Shown here: piece by piece, positions 26,378 to 35,946 of the stretch
Position numbering within the stretch: the first letter of the stretch is position 1
Layout of the letters: every line of letters begins with the position of its first letter
Source: Thermoplasmata archaeon
GTDB taxonomy: Archaea > Thermoplasmatota > Thermoplasmata > Lutacidiplasmatales > UBA184
Reading direction: 5' to 3'
Assembly (NCBI GenBank): GCA_030038605.1
Contig: JASHSU010000152.1
Location: 285-64,284, forward strand
Length of the DNA stretch: 64,000 nucleotides
The notes under the pieces: model-generated
Seen by the model: the letters and a program-made list of their open reading frames with translations, nothing else
Database searches by the model: none
What the model was told of the DNA's origin: nothing
Position numbers and translations under genes: made by a program

Positions 26378-27519
26378 GCGCGCCGCTTCACCCGCTCCAC
26401 GAATCGGTCGAAGACGAACCCGGCTTCCTGGGGGCCGGGATGTCCTTCGGGGTGGCCCTGGAGCGCGAGGATCCGGCCGCTCGGGTCGCGGAGGCCCTCG
26501 AGGGTCTGGTCGTCCGGGTTGGTCGCCCAGGGTTGGAGCCGGGATCCGGCGAGGGAGGCCGGGTCGACCGCGAAGCCGTGGTTCTCGCTCATGATGAGCG
26601 CCCGGCCGTCCGGGAACAGGATGGTCTTGTTCTGCCCCCGGTGCCCGTACTTGAGCTTGAACGTCGAGCCCCCGTGGGCGAGAGCGAGCAACTGGTGGCC
26701 GAGACAGATGCCCAGGGTGGGCAGACCCCGGTTGGCCGGTCGCCCGAGTTCCTCGATGGTCGGTCGCAGCTCGACCGGGTCACCGGGTCCATTGCCGACG
26801 AGCAGCCCGTGCACCCGGCGGCCGTCCCATCGCGCGGGCACCTCGTGGTCGTACGGAAGTCGTAGGACCGAGAGCCCGCGGTCGAGCAGCGCCCGAAGGA
26901 TGCTCGTCTTGATCCCGCAATCGAGGACCGCAACGAGCGGACCGATCTGACCCGGAATGACCGTCGGGGCCCGGGGGGCGACGTCCGTCATGAACCGTTC
27001 CTCCGCATACGTCGGCGCGGACCGGAGGGTCGCGCGCAGTTCCTCGTCGGTCGGCCGGTCGTCCCGGCGACGCACGTCGAGGACGCCGCGCACCACGCCC
27101 TGGGCGCGGAGGTGCTCGGTGAGCCGGCGTGTGTCGACGCCTTCGACACCCGGAATCCCCTCCTCCCGCATCCACTCACCCAGCGAGCGGCCGCTCGCCC
27201 AGTGGTGGGGTCGCGTCGTCCCCCGGACCACGACGCCCCGCACCTGAACCTCGCCGCTCTCCAGCAACGGTAGACCGTACAGGTCGACCGCATGCGCCGG
27301 CGGCACGCCGTAGTTGCCGAGGAGCGGGTAGGTGAACGTCAGGATCTGTCCGCGGAACGACGGGTCGGTGAGCGATTCCGGATAGCCGGCCATACCGGTC
27401 GTGAACACGACCTCGCCGACCCGCCGGCCCTCGGCGCCGAGGCCGGGCCCGTCGAATCGGGTCCCGTCTTCGAGAAATAGGGTCCCCCGCAGCTCGACCT
27501 CAGCCGCGGACGCCGGCAC
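26374..27519 (-). CDS. carA: Carbamoyl-phosphate synthase small (glutaminase) subunit
   Basis: Class I glutamine amidotransferase with catalytic Cys in GICLGHQLL, plus the CarA N-domain. Confidence 0.9.
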   Translation of the reverse strand: MPASAAEVELRGTLFLEDGTRFDGPGLGAEGRRVGEVVFTTGMAGYPESLTDPSFRGQILTFTYPLLGNYGVPPAHAVDLYGLPLLESGEVQVRGVVVRGTTRPHHWASGRSLGEWMREEGIPGVEGVDTRRLTEHLRAQGVVRGVLDVRRRDDRPTDEELRATLRSAPTYAEERFMTDVAPRAPTVIPGQIGPLVAVLDCGIKTSILRALLDRGLSVLRLPYDHEVPARWDGRRVHGLLVGNGPGDPVELRPTIEELGRPANRGLPTLGICLGHQLLALAHGGSTFKLKYGHRGQNKTILFPDGRALIMSENHGFAVDPASLAGSRLQPWATNPDDQTLEGLRDPSGRILALQGHPEGHPGPQEAGFVFDRFVERVKRRA

Positions 27520-27688
27520 GGGCGTGACGAACCCTGAGGTCCCAGAGCACGAAGGGTCCGTCTTAAGATTTGCCCGACGCCGGGGAGAAATCGTGCGTCA
27601 CCACGACGCGCCACGCCTCCCGGACGAAACTGAGCCGCGTTTTCCGCGGGCGCCAACTCTTTACCCGGCGTCGGCTCGAGAGGGTTCG

Positions 27689-28666
27689 ATGCTGGTCGAC
27701 GCCTACGGCCGCGAGGTCACCGACCTGCGCATCAGCGTGACCAAGCGCTGCAACTTCTCCTGCATCTACTGCCACGACGAGGGTCTGGGTCCCATCGACC
27801 GGCCCCGAACGCCTCACGGCGAAGAGATGACGCCGCTCGAGATCGAGCGGATCGTACGCGCCGCCCGGGAGTTCGACATCCACTCCGTCAAGTTCACCGG
27901 GGGCGAGCCCCTCGTGCGGACCGACCTGGTGGAGATCATCGCACGGACGGTCCGGCACGTCGAGGACGTCTCGCTGACCACCAACGGCTCGATGCTGGCC
28001 GGGCGCGCGGAGTCGCTCCGTAACGCGGGCCTCAAGCGGGTGAACGTCTCGGTCGATTCGCTCGACCCCACTGCCTTCCGAGAGATCCGGGGCGGCGCGC
28101 TGGCCCCGGTCCTCGCCGGCGTGAGGGCGGCCCTTCGGGTTGGCCTCAAACCGGTGAAGCTCAACCTGGTCGTCTTCCGACCCACGCTGCCGCACATCCC
28201 CGAACTCATCCGGTTCGCGAGCGAGACCGACGGGTTGCGCGTCCAGCTGATCGAATACATGCCCGAGTTGGTGGGACACCGGGACTGGGCCGTCGACATC
28301 GACGGGGTGAAATCCTGGCTCGAGTCGCGCGCCGACCGGGTCCTGGTGCGCGAGATGCACCACCGCCGGATCTACCTGTTCCAGGGGGCCGAGGTTGAGG
28401 TGGTCGACCCGGTCGGGAACGCCGAGTTCTGCAACCACTGCCACCGGGTTCGGGTGACGCACAAGGGCGAGCTCAAGGGCTGCCTGAACCGGAACGACGA
28501 CCTCGTCCCCACCCGAGGGCTCGACGACGCCGCCTTGCGGAACGCCTTCCGTACCGTGGTGGCCCAGCGCGTCCCGTACTACGGGGCCTACGTTCGCGAC
28601 TACACTCCGCGCGGGAGCGAGACGCCCCTCATCCAGCTGCAGCCCTTCGTTCCGGATTCCCCCTGA
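27689..28666 (+). CDS. moaA: GTP 3',8-cyclase MoaA (radical SAM)
   Basis: ATG at 27689. CNFSCIYCH radical-SAM cluster motif, a C-terminal CNHCHRVRVTHKGELKGCL second-cluster motif and the GGEP block. Confidence 0.85.
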   Translation: MLVDAYGREVTDLRISVTKRCNFSCIYCHDEGLGPIDRPRTPHGEEMTPLEIERIVRAAREFDIHSVKFTGGEPLVRTDLVEIIARTVRHVEDVSLTTNGSMLAGRAESLRNAGLKRVNVSVDSLDPTAFREIRGGALAPVLAGVRAALRVGLKPVKLNLVVFRPTLPHIPELIRFASETDGLRVQLIEYMPELVGHRDWAVDIDGVKSWLESRADRVLVREMHHRRIYLFQGAEVEVVDPVGNAEFCNHCHRVRVTHKGELKGCLNRNDDLVPTRGLDDAALRNAFRTVVAQRVPYYGAYVRDYTPRGSETPLIQLQPFVPDSP

Positions 28667-28696
28667 GTCCATCGGGCGGACGGGCGAACGGTAGGA

Positions 28697-28771
28697 TGCT
28701 CCCGGCGGGATTCGAACCCGCGTTACGGCGTCGAAGGCGCCGAATCCTTGACCGGACTAGACTACGGGAGC
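28697..28771 (-). tRNA. tRNA, anticodon read as UUC (tRNA-Glu). It has unusual residues: C at position 33 and two G-U pairs in the D stem.
   Basis: Manual fold: acceptor GCTCCCG/CGGGAGC, T arm GCGGG-TTCGAAT-CCCGC, anticodon stem CGGCG/CGCCG with loop CCTTCGA, discriminator A, no encoded CCA. Confidence 0.55.
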
Positions 28772-28834
28772 GCGCGTCGTCCGTCCCCGGACGGATTCTC
28801 GGACCCGGCTAATGAGCTTTGGCGTACCGGCGCC

Positions 28835-29560
28835 TCAGGACGGGGGCGACTTCGCATCGGTCCACCCGTGACGGTGGACGACTTCGGGAAAGTACTCGGG
28901 TCGCCGTTCGCCGGTGATGGCGTAGACCGCCTTCTCCGCGATCTTGCACGCGTTGTCGCCCACCCGTTCCAGGTGGCGGCCGGCGAGCAGGGCGAGGGCC
29001 AGTCGCTCGGTGGAAAGTCCGCCCTTCCGGAGTAGCTCGATGAGGAGTTTCTGCAGCTCCTGATGGATCGCATCGACGTCGTCGTCCATCGCGAAGATCG
29101 ACTTTGCCACGGTGGCGTCGCCCCGGAGGAAGGCGGCGACCGCCTGCTCGACCATCGCCCGGGTCTGGCGGTCCATCTCCCGGAGCAACTCGGCCGGCTT
29201 CGGGTCGGGAATGGGGGGTGAGTCGCGGAGGTTGAGCGCGAGGTCGTAGCCGAGCCGACCGACCCGGTCGATGCAGTTGGCGATCTTGAGGACGGCACCG
29301 AGGGTGCGGAGGTCGCCTCCCTCGGGCTGATACTTCGCGATCAGGTGCATCGTCTCCGTCTCGATCTCGTTGTCGAACCGGTCGAGCTGGGGGTCCTCGG
29401 CGACCACGGTCTCCATCCGGGCCCGGTCGGAGTCGAGCATGGCGACGGTCCCGTCCCGGACCATGCTGACCGCCAACGCGGACATCGCCGACACGTGGGC
29501 CTTGAGCCGTGCGATCGCCTTGTCCGACATGCTCTGCTCGCCGCTGGTACCGCTCGTCAT
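28835..29560 (-). CDS. phoU: Phosphate transport system regulator PhoU
   Basis: Two PhoU repeats with the conserved D(x)xxRxGD pattern (e.g. LALALLAGRHLERVGDNACKIAEKAVY). ATG at 29560 overlaps the pstB stop. Confidence 0.8.
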   Translation of the reverse strand: MTSGTSGEQSMSDKAIARLKAHVSAMSALAVSMVRDGTVAMLDSDRARMETVVAEDPQLDRFDNEIETETMHLIAKYQPEGGDLRTLGAVLKIANCIDRVGRLGYDLALNLRDSPPIPDPKPAELLREMDRQTRAMVEQAVAAFLRGDATVAKSIFAMDDDVDAIHQELQKLLIELLRKGGLSTERLALALLAGRHLERVGDNACKIAEKAVYAITGERRPEYFPEVVHRHGWTDAKSPPS

Positions 29561-30333
29561 CCGAACCTCCCCGTGATGAACTGCTGGGTGAGCGGGTCCT
29601 TGGGCCGCTCGAGGATGTCGTCGGTGGGACCGACCTCCACGAGATGACCGGAGTGCAAGAATGCGACGCGGTCCGATACGCGGGCCGCCTGGCCGACGTT
29701 GTGCGTCACGAGGACCATGACGATCTCCTCGCTCAACCGTTCCATCGTCGCTTCGACCCGCTGGGTGGCGGCCGGGTCCAGCGCGGAGGTCGGTTCGTCC
29801 AGCAGCAGGACCTTGGGCCGCACCGCGAGCGCCCGGGCGATGCACAGACGCTGCTGCTGACCCCCCGAGAGGGAGAGGGCCGACCGGTCCAGGTCGTCCT
29901 TCACTTCGTCCCAGAGTCCGGACCGTTGCAGCGCCTCCGTCACCGCGCTGTCGACGGCGTCCTCCGCCTCGTGGACGATGCGCAGGCCGAACGCCGCGTT
30001 CTCGAAGATCGACATCGGAAACACCGTCGGGCGCTGGAAGACCATCCCGATCCTCCGCCGGACGAGGACGGGGTTGACGCCCCGGCCGTAGATGTCCTGC
30101 CCCAGGTAGAGGACGGACCCTTCGACCCGGATCCCGGGCGTGAGCTCGCTCATCCGGTTGAGCGTCCGGACGAACGTCGTCTTCCCGCACCCGGAGGGAC
30201 CGACCACCGCCGTGAGGCTCCGCGGAGGGAACTCGAGCGAGACGTCGCTCAGGATCTTCTTCTCCTTCGCCACGACGCTCAGGTGCTGGACCGACAGGAC
30301 GGTGCCGTCCGCGGCCGGTGCGGGGCTGCTCAC
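29557..30333 (-). CDS. pstB: Phosphate ABC transporter ATP-binding protein
   Basis: Walker A GPSGCGKTT, signature LSGGQQQRLCIARAL, Walker B LLLDEPTSALD and a PstB-type C-terminus. Confidence 0.9.
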   Translation of the reverse strand: MSSPAPAADGTVLSVQHLSVVAKEKKILSDVSLEFPPRSLTAVVGPSGCGKTTFVRTLNRMSELTPGIRVEGSVLYLGQDIYGRGVNPVLVRRRIGMVFQRPTVFPMSIFENAAFGLRIVHEAEDAVDSAVTEALQRSGLWDEVKDDLDRSALSLSGGQQQRLCIARALAVRPKVLLLDEPTSALDPAATQRVEATMERLSEEIVMVLVTHNVGQAARVSDRVAFLHSGHLVEVGPTDDILERPKDPLTQQFITGRFG

Positions 30334-31241
30334 TGGAACAACCCCTCCAACCGGCGCTGATACCGCGCCGCGATGACGCGTACCACGACGTTGAGAGCGA
30401 TCACGACCACCAACAGGACGAACGCTGCCTGGAATGCGAGGACGAAGAACGGAGAGCCATTGCCCTGATTAAAGCCCGCCCAGATGAGGGACGTCATGAA
30501 CGTCACGGGCGAGGTCAGACTGTCGGGCGCCAGCCGCCCGGCGGTCGTCGTCATGACGATCGGTGCCGTCTCGCCGACCCCGATCGCCATCGCCAGGAAG
30601 ATGCCCGTGAGCACCTGCGGCAGCGCGATGGGCGTGGCGATCCGCAGGATGTACTGGGACGGCCCGGCTCCCGACCCCAGGGCCGCCTCCCGGATATGGC
30701 GGGGGATGGAGGTGAACGCGAGGTCGGCGGTCCGGAAGATGTACGGCGTCATGAAGATCGACAGGGTCACCGCGCCCGCGATGAGCGAGAGGCCCCAGCC
30801 GAACGTGATGACGAAGACGAAGAACCCGAAGAATCCGATGATGACGGACGGGGTGCCGACGAGCATGTTCGCCGTCATCCGGATGTAGCTGGCCACGCGG
30901 TCCGGCAGGAGTTCGGCGGTCGCGATGCCCCCGAACAGGCCGAGGGCGACCGAGAAGACGGTCGCCAGCGCCATCAGTTCGAACGTCCCGATGATCGGTA
31001 CGCCGAGCTGGTCGGTGGCGTAGGGACTCGTCCCCGTGAGGATCGTCCAGCTGAGGGTGGGCAGGGCCTTGGTGGAGACCCAGTAGACCATCCCCAGGAT
31101 CGGGATGATCGCCACGAGGAAGAGCAACGGGAGAAGGCGTCCGATCCACTGGTCGAAGCCGATCCGCCACCGGGTGCGGATCGACCGGTCGAACAGGATG
31201 TTGTCGTCCGTGCCCGCGATGGACGGAAGGGGATGCGCCAT
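30330..31241 (-). CDS. pstA: Phosphate ABC transporter permease PstA
   Basis: Six-TM ABC permease with the EAA-like loop, 4-nt overlap with pstB, and the usual pstCAB order. Confidence 0.8.
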   Translation of the reverse strand: MAHPLPSIAGTDDNILFDRSIRTRWRIGFDQWIGRLLPLLFLVAIIPILGMVYWVSTKALPTLSWTILTGTSPYATDQLGVPIIGTFELMALATVFSVALGLFGGIATAELLPDRVASYIRMTANMLVGTPSVIIGFFGFFVFVITFGWGLSLIAGAVTLSIFMTPYIFRTADLAFTSIPRHIREAALGSGAGPSQYILRIATPIALPQVLTGIFLAMAIGVGETAPIVMTTTAGRLAPDSLTSPVTFMTSLIWAGFNQGNGSPFFVLAFQAAFVLLVVVIALNVVVRVIAARYQRRLEGLFQ

Positions 31242-31247
31242 GACCGC

Positions 31248-32249
31248 CTACAACCCCGAGATCTGTTCGGTCAGCAACGACGAGATCAGGCGGCGTCCCA
31301 GGATGTTGACGATGAGGCTGATGGCCAGCAGCAACAGCGCGATCTCGGCGAGCGCCTCGAGCAGGCCCGGCGTGACGAGGGCCGCGTCCGAGTTCTGGAA
31401 GATGATCGCCGACATCGTGTCGGTCGTGTCGAAGACGCTGGTCGGGAAGCTCGCGACCGAGCCGATCACCATCGCGACGGCGACCGTCTCGCCGAAGGCA
31501 CGGCCGAAGCCGAGGAAACCGGCGCTCAGGATGCCTCGGTGGCTGTAGGGGATCGCCACGCGACGCATCACCTCCCACCGGGTCGCCCCCAGGGCGAGCC
31601 CGCTTTCCCAGAGGTCCTTCGGGACGGAGTGGAGGGCGTCCCGGATCAGCAGCGTCGTGATCGGGAGCGCCATCAGCGTCAGGAGGATCACGGCGAGCGG
31701 CAGGCCCTGTCCGGTCTGGAGAATGCGGGCGCCGCTGAAGCCGGGGAGGAATCCCAGGTGCTGGGCGACCCACGGGTTGAGCGTCAACCCCAGGTACGGT
31801 CCGACGACGACGAAGCCCCAGATGCCGTAGACAACGCTCGGGATCCCTGCGAGCAGGTCGACGAACGGGTCCAGGAAGCGGGTCGCGAGCTTCGGCAGGT
31901 ACGTCGTGGAGGCGATCCCGATGCCGAGCCCGATCAGGATGGCCAGGATGATCGCCGGCAGCGCCGTGAGGAACGAGCCGACGACGAACACGCCGATCCC
32001 CCATTGAGGCGGGGAGGCGGTGTAGTCCCAGTTCGAGCCGAAGAATCCGGGGAAGGCGGTCAGGTTGCTCGCCTTGAGGAGCTCGATCACGATGGCGACG
32101 ACGATGGCCGCCGGTACCAGCGCCGGCAGGTAGGAGAAGAACCGGACCACCCAGGTCCGCGCGGGTACGCGGCCGCGGTCCGGGGAGGGAGAAGTGGGAG
32201 GAAGTGGTTCCCGGCCCCCGTCACTCCCGGGGGCCGGTTCGGGGCTCAC
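31248..32249 (-). CDS. pstC: Phosphate ABC transporter permease PstC
   Basis: Six-TM ABC permease directly upstream of pstA. Confidence 0.8.
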   Translation of the reverse strand: MSPEPAPGSDGGREPLPPTSPSPDRGRVPARTWVVRFFSYLPALVPAAIVVAIVIELLKASNLTAFPGFFGSNWDYTASPPQWGIGVFVVGSFLTALPAIILAILIGLGIGIASTTYLPKLATRFLDPFVDLLAGIPSVVYGIWGFVVVGPYLGLTLNPWVAQHLGFLPGFSGARILQTGQGLPLAVILLTLMALPITTLLIRDALHSVPKDLWESGLALGATRWEVMRRVAIPYSHRGILSAGFLGFGRAFGETVAVAMVIGSVASFPTSVFDTTDTMSAIIFQNSDAALVTPGLLEALAEIALLLLAISLIVNILGRRLISSLLTEQISGL

Positions 32250-32280
32250 GGTACTCTCTGAGGTTCCCGAGGAGGTCCGC

Positions 32281-33549
32281 CTAGGTGGCGACCGTCCCGA
32301 GCTCCTGCATGTCGTACCCGGCGACCTCGGGGGTCAGGGGCACGAACCCGATCGGGTTGAGGTAGGCCGCGGCGTTACCGTACGAGATCGCCCACTGGAG
32401 GAACTGGACGATGGCCTTCGAGTTCGTCTGGGCCGTCGTCTTGATCAGCGTGTACTCCAGGTTGGAGATCGGGTAGGGCGTGGTGCCCGCGAGCGGGGTC
32501 GTTCCGCCGCCGCCGGTCTTCAAGGTGATCGCCCCGTACGGGCTGCCGCCCAGGATGAGGCTCACCGCGAGGCCGTAGGTGGCGAAGTTGAGGTGCGTCA
32601 GTCCCAGGTTCGCATCCGCCGAGACGTTGGCGGCGCTCCACAGGACGTAGTTCGAGGGGTTGACGCCGCCCGACGCGCTCAGCGAGTTGTTGTCGCCGAG
32701 AGCCGCGTAGTTGAGGCCGGTCCCCGAGACCTTGCTCATGTAGCTGATCCCGATGTAGGCGATCGCGCCGACCTGTCCCTCGACGCCGGTGACCATGCCC
32801 GAGTTGCCCGTGTCGAAGGCGATGTGGGGCGGGGCCTTGTCGGTCGAGAGGTTGGCGTTGCCGACACCGAACGTCCAGCCGGACCAGGACATGTCGCAGT
32901 ACGAGGTGAACAGGAACGTGTCACCGCTCGAGTCACCGCGCGCCAGGACGTAGATCGACTGGCTGGAGAGGGCGTTCAGGGCCGACTGCTGGGCGGACGT
33001 CTGGGCCGCCAGGATCAGCGGGTTGTTCCACGAGGTGATGACGCCACTGTAGATCATCGCGAGGATCGTGCCGTTCAGGTTCAGGTGGCCCGGCACGCCG
33101 GGCAGGTTGTACCAGATCAGCTGCGAGGAGATCGCGACCGGGACGTTCACCAGGCTGGAGGCGCTGGCGTTCGCCAGGTAGCCGTCCGACGCCCCGATGT
33201 TGATGAGTCCCTGCTCCGCGTACGACTGTCCCGTGCCGCTGCCCGTGGAGGCCGGCGACAGGACGACGTTGGGCTGGTAGCTCGTGTAGTTGGGGCCCCA
33301 CGATTCCATGAGCGGGTAGAGCAGGCTCGACCCGGTCTCGGTGATCGTGGTCGTCGAGGTCGAGGTCGTGCTCTTGTTGAGGTACGTCCCGAGGAGGTAC
33401 CCGCCGCCGAGACCGACCAGGAGCAGGACGATCGCCACGGCGATCGCCACACCCGAGCTCATCGTCCCCGAGCGCTTCCGGCTCGGGGTCGAGATCGACT
33501 CGTTCGAAGGGGTTGAGGTCGTCGTTCCGCTAGGGTTCTGTGTGCTCAT
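32281..33549 (-). CDS. pstS: Phosphate-binding protein PstS with N-terminal membrane anchor and Thr/Ser-rich linker
   Basis: TM anchor AIAVAIVLLLVGLGGGYLLG followed by a Ser/Thr-rich linker; periplasmic-binding-protein type II fold blocks with PstS-like residues; sits at the head of pstSCAB-phoU. Confidence 0.75.
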   Translation of the reverse strand: MSTQNPSGTTTSTPSNESISTPSRKRSGTMSSGVAIAVAIVLLLVGLGGGYLLGTYLNKSTTSTSTTTITETGSSLLYPLMESWGPNYTSYQPNVVLSPASTGSGTGQSYAEQGLINIGASDGYLANASASSLVNVPVAISSQLIWYNLPGVPGHLNLNGTILAMIYSGVITSWNNPLILAAQTSAQQSALNALSSQSIYVLARGDSSGDTFLFTSYCDMSWSGWTFGVGNANLSTDKAPPHIAFDTGNSGMVTGVEGQVGAIAYIGISYMSKVSGTGLNYAALGDNNSLSASGGVNPSNYVLWSAANVSADANLGLTHLNFATYGLAVSLILGGSPYGAITLKTGGGGTTPLAGTTPYPISNLEYTLIKTTAQTNSKAIVQFLQWAISYGNAAAYLNPIGFVPLTPEVAGYDMQELGTVAT

Positions 33550-33639
33550 TTCGCTTCACCGCGTCCGTTCGTTCTACGACGACGCACCCACTTCGAGGTC
33601 GACCCTCGAGGTCGGGGCCATCATCGGTGCGCGGACCCG

Positions 33640-33695
33640 GGCGACGGAGATATAGGAAACGAAGGTAGAATCTATAGTGCGCTATAGGGGCCTCA
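33640..33695. promoter_or_regulatory. AT-rich divergent promoter region between pstS (minus) and truA (plus), with TATA-like boxes and a CTATAG-N4-CTATAG element
   Basis: gagatataggaaacgaaggtagaatctatagtgcgctataggg is a sharp AT-rich island in a 70% GC background. It contains ATATAGG, CTATAG(TGCG)CTATAG and a palindromic hexamer repeat. Confidence 0.35.
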
Positions 33696-33735
33696 TAGCG
33701 GCCCATATGCGACCGAGTCGCACGCACGCACCGAG

Positions 33736-34596
33736 GTGACCTTCTCGGGGTGCGTCCGTCAAGAACCGAGGAGGCGTGGTGCGATCACGACGCGATACCT
33801 GATCCGGTTCGGCTACGACGGCCAGGGATTTTCCGGGTGGGCCCGACAACCAGGACACCGAACGGTCGAGGGTGAGCTCCGGCGGGGTCTCACCCGGCTC
33901 GGAGTGGCCCGCCCCCCGACCCACGGCGCGCTGGAGGTCGCGAGCCGGACGGACCGCGGCGTGAGCGCTCGCGCGAACGCGCTGGGGCTGACCAGCGACC
34001 TGGCCGGCCCGGCCCTGCTCCGCGCCCTCAACGGCATCGACCCGTCGCTCTGGTTCACGGCGCTCCGGTCCGTCCCGGAGGGGTTCCCGGTCCGGCGTGC
34101 GGTCCGCCGCGTCTACCGGTATTTCGAACCGCCCGACCAACGCTCGCACGAGGCCTCCCGTGCGGCGGCGCGCCTCTTCCTCGGGGAGGTCGATGTCGGT
34201 TCCTTCGGTCGCGGTCTACCTCGGTCCGGCCCGGTCCTCCGCACGCTCGAGTCGGTCGAGATCGCCACCGAGCCCGACGGGGGACGGACGATCGAGGTGC
34301 GAGCTCCGGGGTTCGTCTGGGGCGAGGTGCGCAAGATCGTCGCCGCGCTCCGGGAGGTCGACGCGGGCCGGCTCACCGAGCGGCAGCTGCGCCAAAGCCT
34401 GGCGGGGGACGTTCGCCTGACCCTGCCGATGGCCGAACCGGAAGCGCTCGTGCTCTGGGAGGTCGAGTACGCCGACCCGTGGGTCCACTTCTGGACCGGG
34501 CCCAACCGGCGACAGGCGGCGCGGGTCGCCGAGGAGCGGGGGCGCTGGTGGGGCCGCTCCCGATGGCTGGGCGAGTTCGGTGGCGGGGCCGACTAG
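33736..34596 (+). CDS. truA: tRNA pseudouridine(38-40) synthase TruA
   Basis: LIRFGYDGQGFSGWARQPG...RTVEGEL...GVSARANALGL is the TruA catalytic region (Asp in the RTD-like block). The start may be an internal alternative. Confidence 0.7.
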   Translation: MTFSGCVRQEPRRRGAITTRYLIRFGYDGQGFSGWARQPGHRTVEGELRRGLTRLGVARPPTHGALEVASRTDRGVSARANALGLTSDLAGPALLRALNGIDPSLWFTALRSVPEGFPVRRAVRRVYRYFEPPDQRSHEASRAAARLFLGEVDVGSFGRGLPRSGPVLRTLESVEIATEPDGGRTIEVRAPGFVWGEVRKIVAALREVDAGRLTERQLRQSLAGDVRLTLPMAEPEALVLWEVEYADPWVHFWTGPNRRQAARVAEERGRWWGRSRWLGEFGGGAD

Positions 34597-35897
34597 CCGA
34601 CCCGTTCCCAGCGCTCGAGCTTCTGAACGGTCCCGAGCGTGGACCCCCGCTGGATCTCCTCGCGGACACGGTTCTCGTGTTCCAAGACGTCCAGCGCTCG
34701 GTTCGCGATCTCCGCGGCCCGTTCCCGCGGCACGACGACCACGCCGCTCAGGTCGCCGACGACCCAGTCGCCGGGCCGGACCCGCTGACCGCCGACGACG
34801 ACCTCGACGCCGATCTCCCCGTGGCCCTTCGGCTCGCCCGCGTCGGAGCTCACGTTGCGGCTGAAGAGCGGGAAGCCGAGCTCGAGGATCGCGTCCACGT
34901 CGCGGGCGGCCCCATCGATGACAACGCCGGCGATGCCGCGTCCGTGGGCGCTCCAACTGGCCAGCTCGCCCCAGATGGCGGTCGGGCCGCCCCCCGCATC
35001 GACCACGATCACGTCGCCCGGGCCGGCCCGGTCGATCGCCTCCACGGGCTTGGCCCAGTCCCCGTCCCGGGTCACGACGGTGACGGCCGGGCCCGCGATG
35101 CGGACGGTCGGGCTCTTCAATCGAGCGACGATCCCGTGCATCGCGCCGCGGCGCTGGAGGGCGTCGGTCACGTTCGGGCTAGAGACCTTGAGGAACGCCT
35201 CCCGAATCTCCGCCCCCGCGTACCGCCGGAAGTGCTCGGTCGTGACCTCGCGTCCCGTGTCGATCGCCTGACGGATCGCCCGGGTGGCTTCCGTGACCTT
35301 GGGGCTCTTGGTGATCGCCCCACCCACGATGAGGATCCGGGCCCCGGCTCGAACCGCCGCGGCGGCCGTCTCGGAGTTGAGGCCCCCGGCGACCGCGACC
35401 GGGATCGGGGAGGCCTTCACGAGGTCGGCGAGCACGTCGAACGGGGTCCGACCCTGCATCTGCATGTCGATGCCGATGTGCCAGCAGACCGCGGCGGCGC
35501 CCAGCTCCGCCACGCGGCGCGCGCGGGCGATCGGGTCGGCCACGCCGAGCAGGTCGACGACGACTTCCGCCCCGTAGAGTTCTCCGCCCCGTACCCCGTC
35601 CGCGATGGTGTCGTCGTCCGCGGCGCCCAGGATCGTGACCAGGTCCGCCCCGGCCTTCGCGGCGATCTCGACCTCGAAGGCCCCGGTATCCATCACCTTC
35701 AGGTCGGCGACGATCCGGTGCGCCGGGAACGCTTTCTTGAGCTCGCGGACCGCGTCCAGCCCTTCGCTCTTGATGAGCGGCGTACCGGCTTCGACCCAGT
35801 CCGCGCCGCCCTCGACCGCCTCCCGGGCCGCCAGGAGCGCCCGGGACAGGTTCTCGAAGTCCAGGGCGACCTGCAGGACCGGCTGATCCAGCCGCAT
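34593..35897 (-). CDS. Bifunctional fusion of a 3-hexulose-6-phosphate synthase (HPS; OMP-decarboxylase-like fold) domain with an RraA-like (MenG/RraA family) domain
   Basis: The N-terminal ~210 aa is an HPS-type TIM barrel (VLQVALDFENLSRAL...ADLKVMDTG...GGLNSETA...ILIVGGAITKS). The C-terminal ~210 aa is RraA-like (GPAVTVVTRDGDWAKPVEAIDRAGPGDVIVVDAGGGP...IDGAARD). Confidence 0.6.
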   Translation of the reverse strand: MRLDQPVLQVALDFENLSRALLAAREAVEGGADWVEAGTPLIKSEGLDAVRELKKAFPAHRIVADLKVMDTGAFEVEIAAKAGADLVTILGAADDDTIADGVRGGELYGAEVVVDLLGVADPIARARRVAELGAAAVCWHIGIDMQMQGRTPFDVLADLVKASPIPVAVAGGLNSETAAAAVRAGARILIVGGAITKSPKVTEATRAIRQAIDTGREVTTEHFRRYAGAEIREAFLKVSSPNVTDALQRRGAMHGIVARLKSPTVRIAGPAVTVVTRDGDWAKPVEAIDRAGPGDVIVVDAGGGPTAIWGELASWSAHGRGIAGVVIDGAARDVDAILELGFPLFSRNVSSDAGEPKGHGEIGVEVVVGGQRVRPGDWVVGDLSGVVVVPRERAAEIANRALDVLEHENRVREEIQRGSTLGTVQKLERWERVG

Positions 35898-35946
35898 CGC
35901 CGCAACGAGGGGGGTCCGCTATTAACGGGTTCCCGGTCGGCGGCCC

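Noticed and set aside
23186-26950. 1254-aa ORF 23186..26950(+) antisense to carB/carA
   Set aside because: Antisense to two highly conserved genes. The translation is D/R/G/E-rich, without domains.
30318-33516. ORFs 30318..32261(+), 30469..32004(-), 32194..33516(+) over the pst operon
   Set aside because: Antisense or wrong-frame relative to pstA/pstC/pstS and low-complexity.
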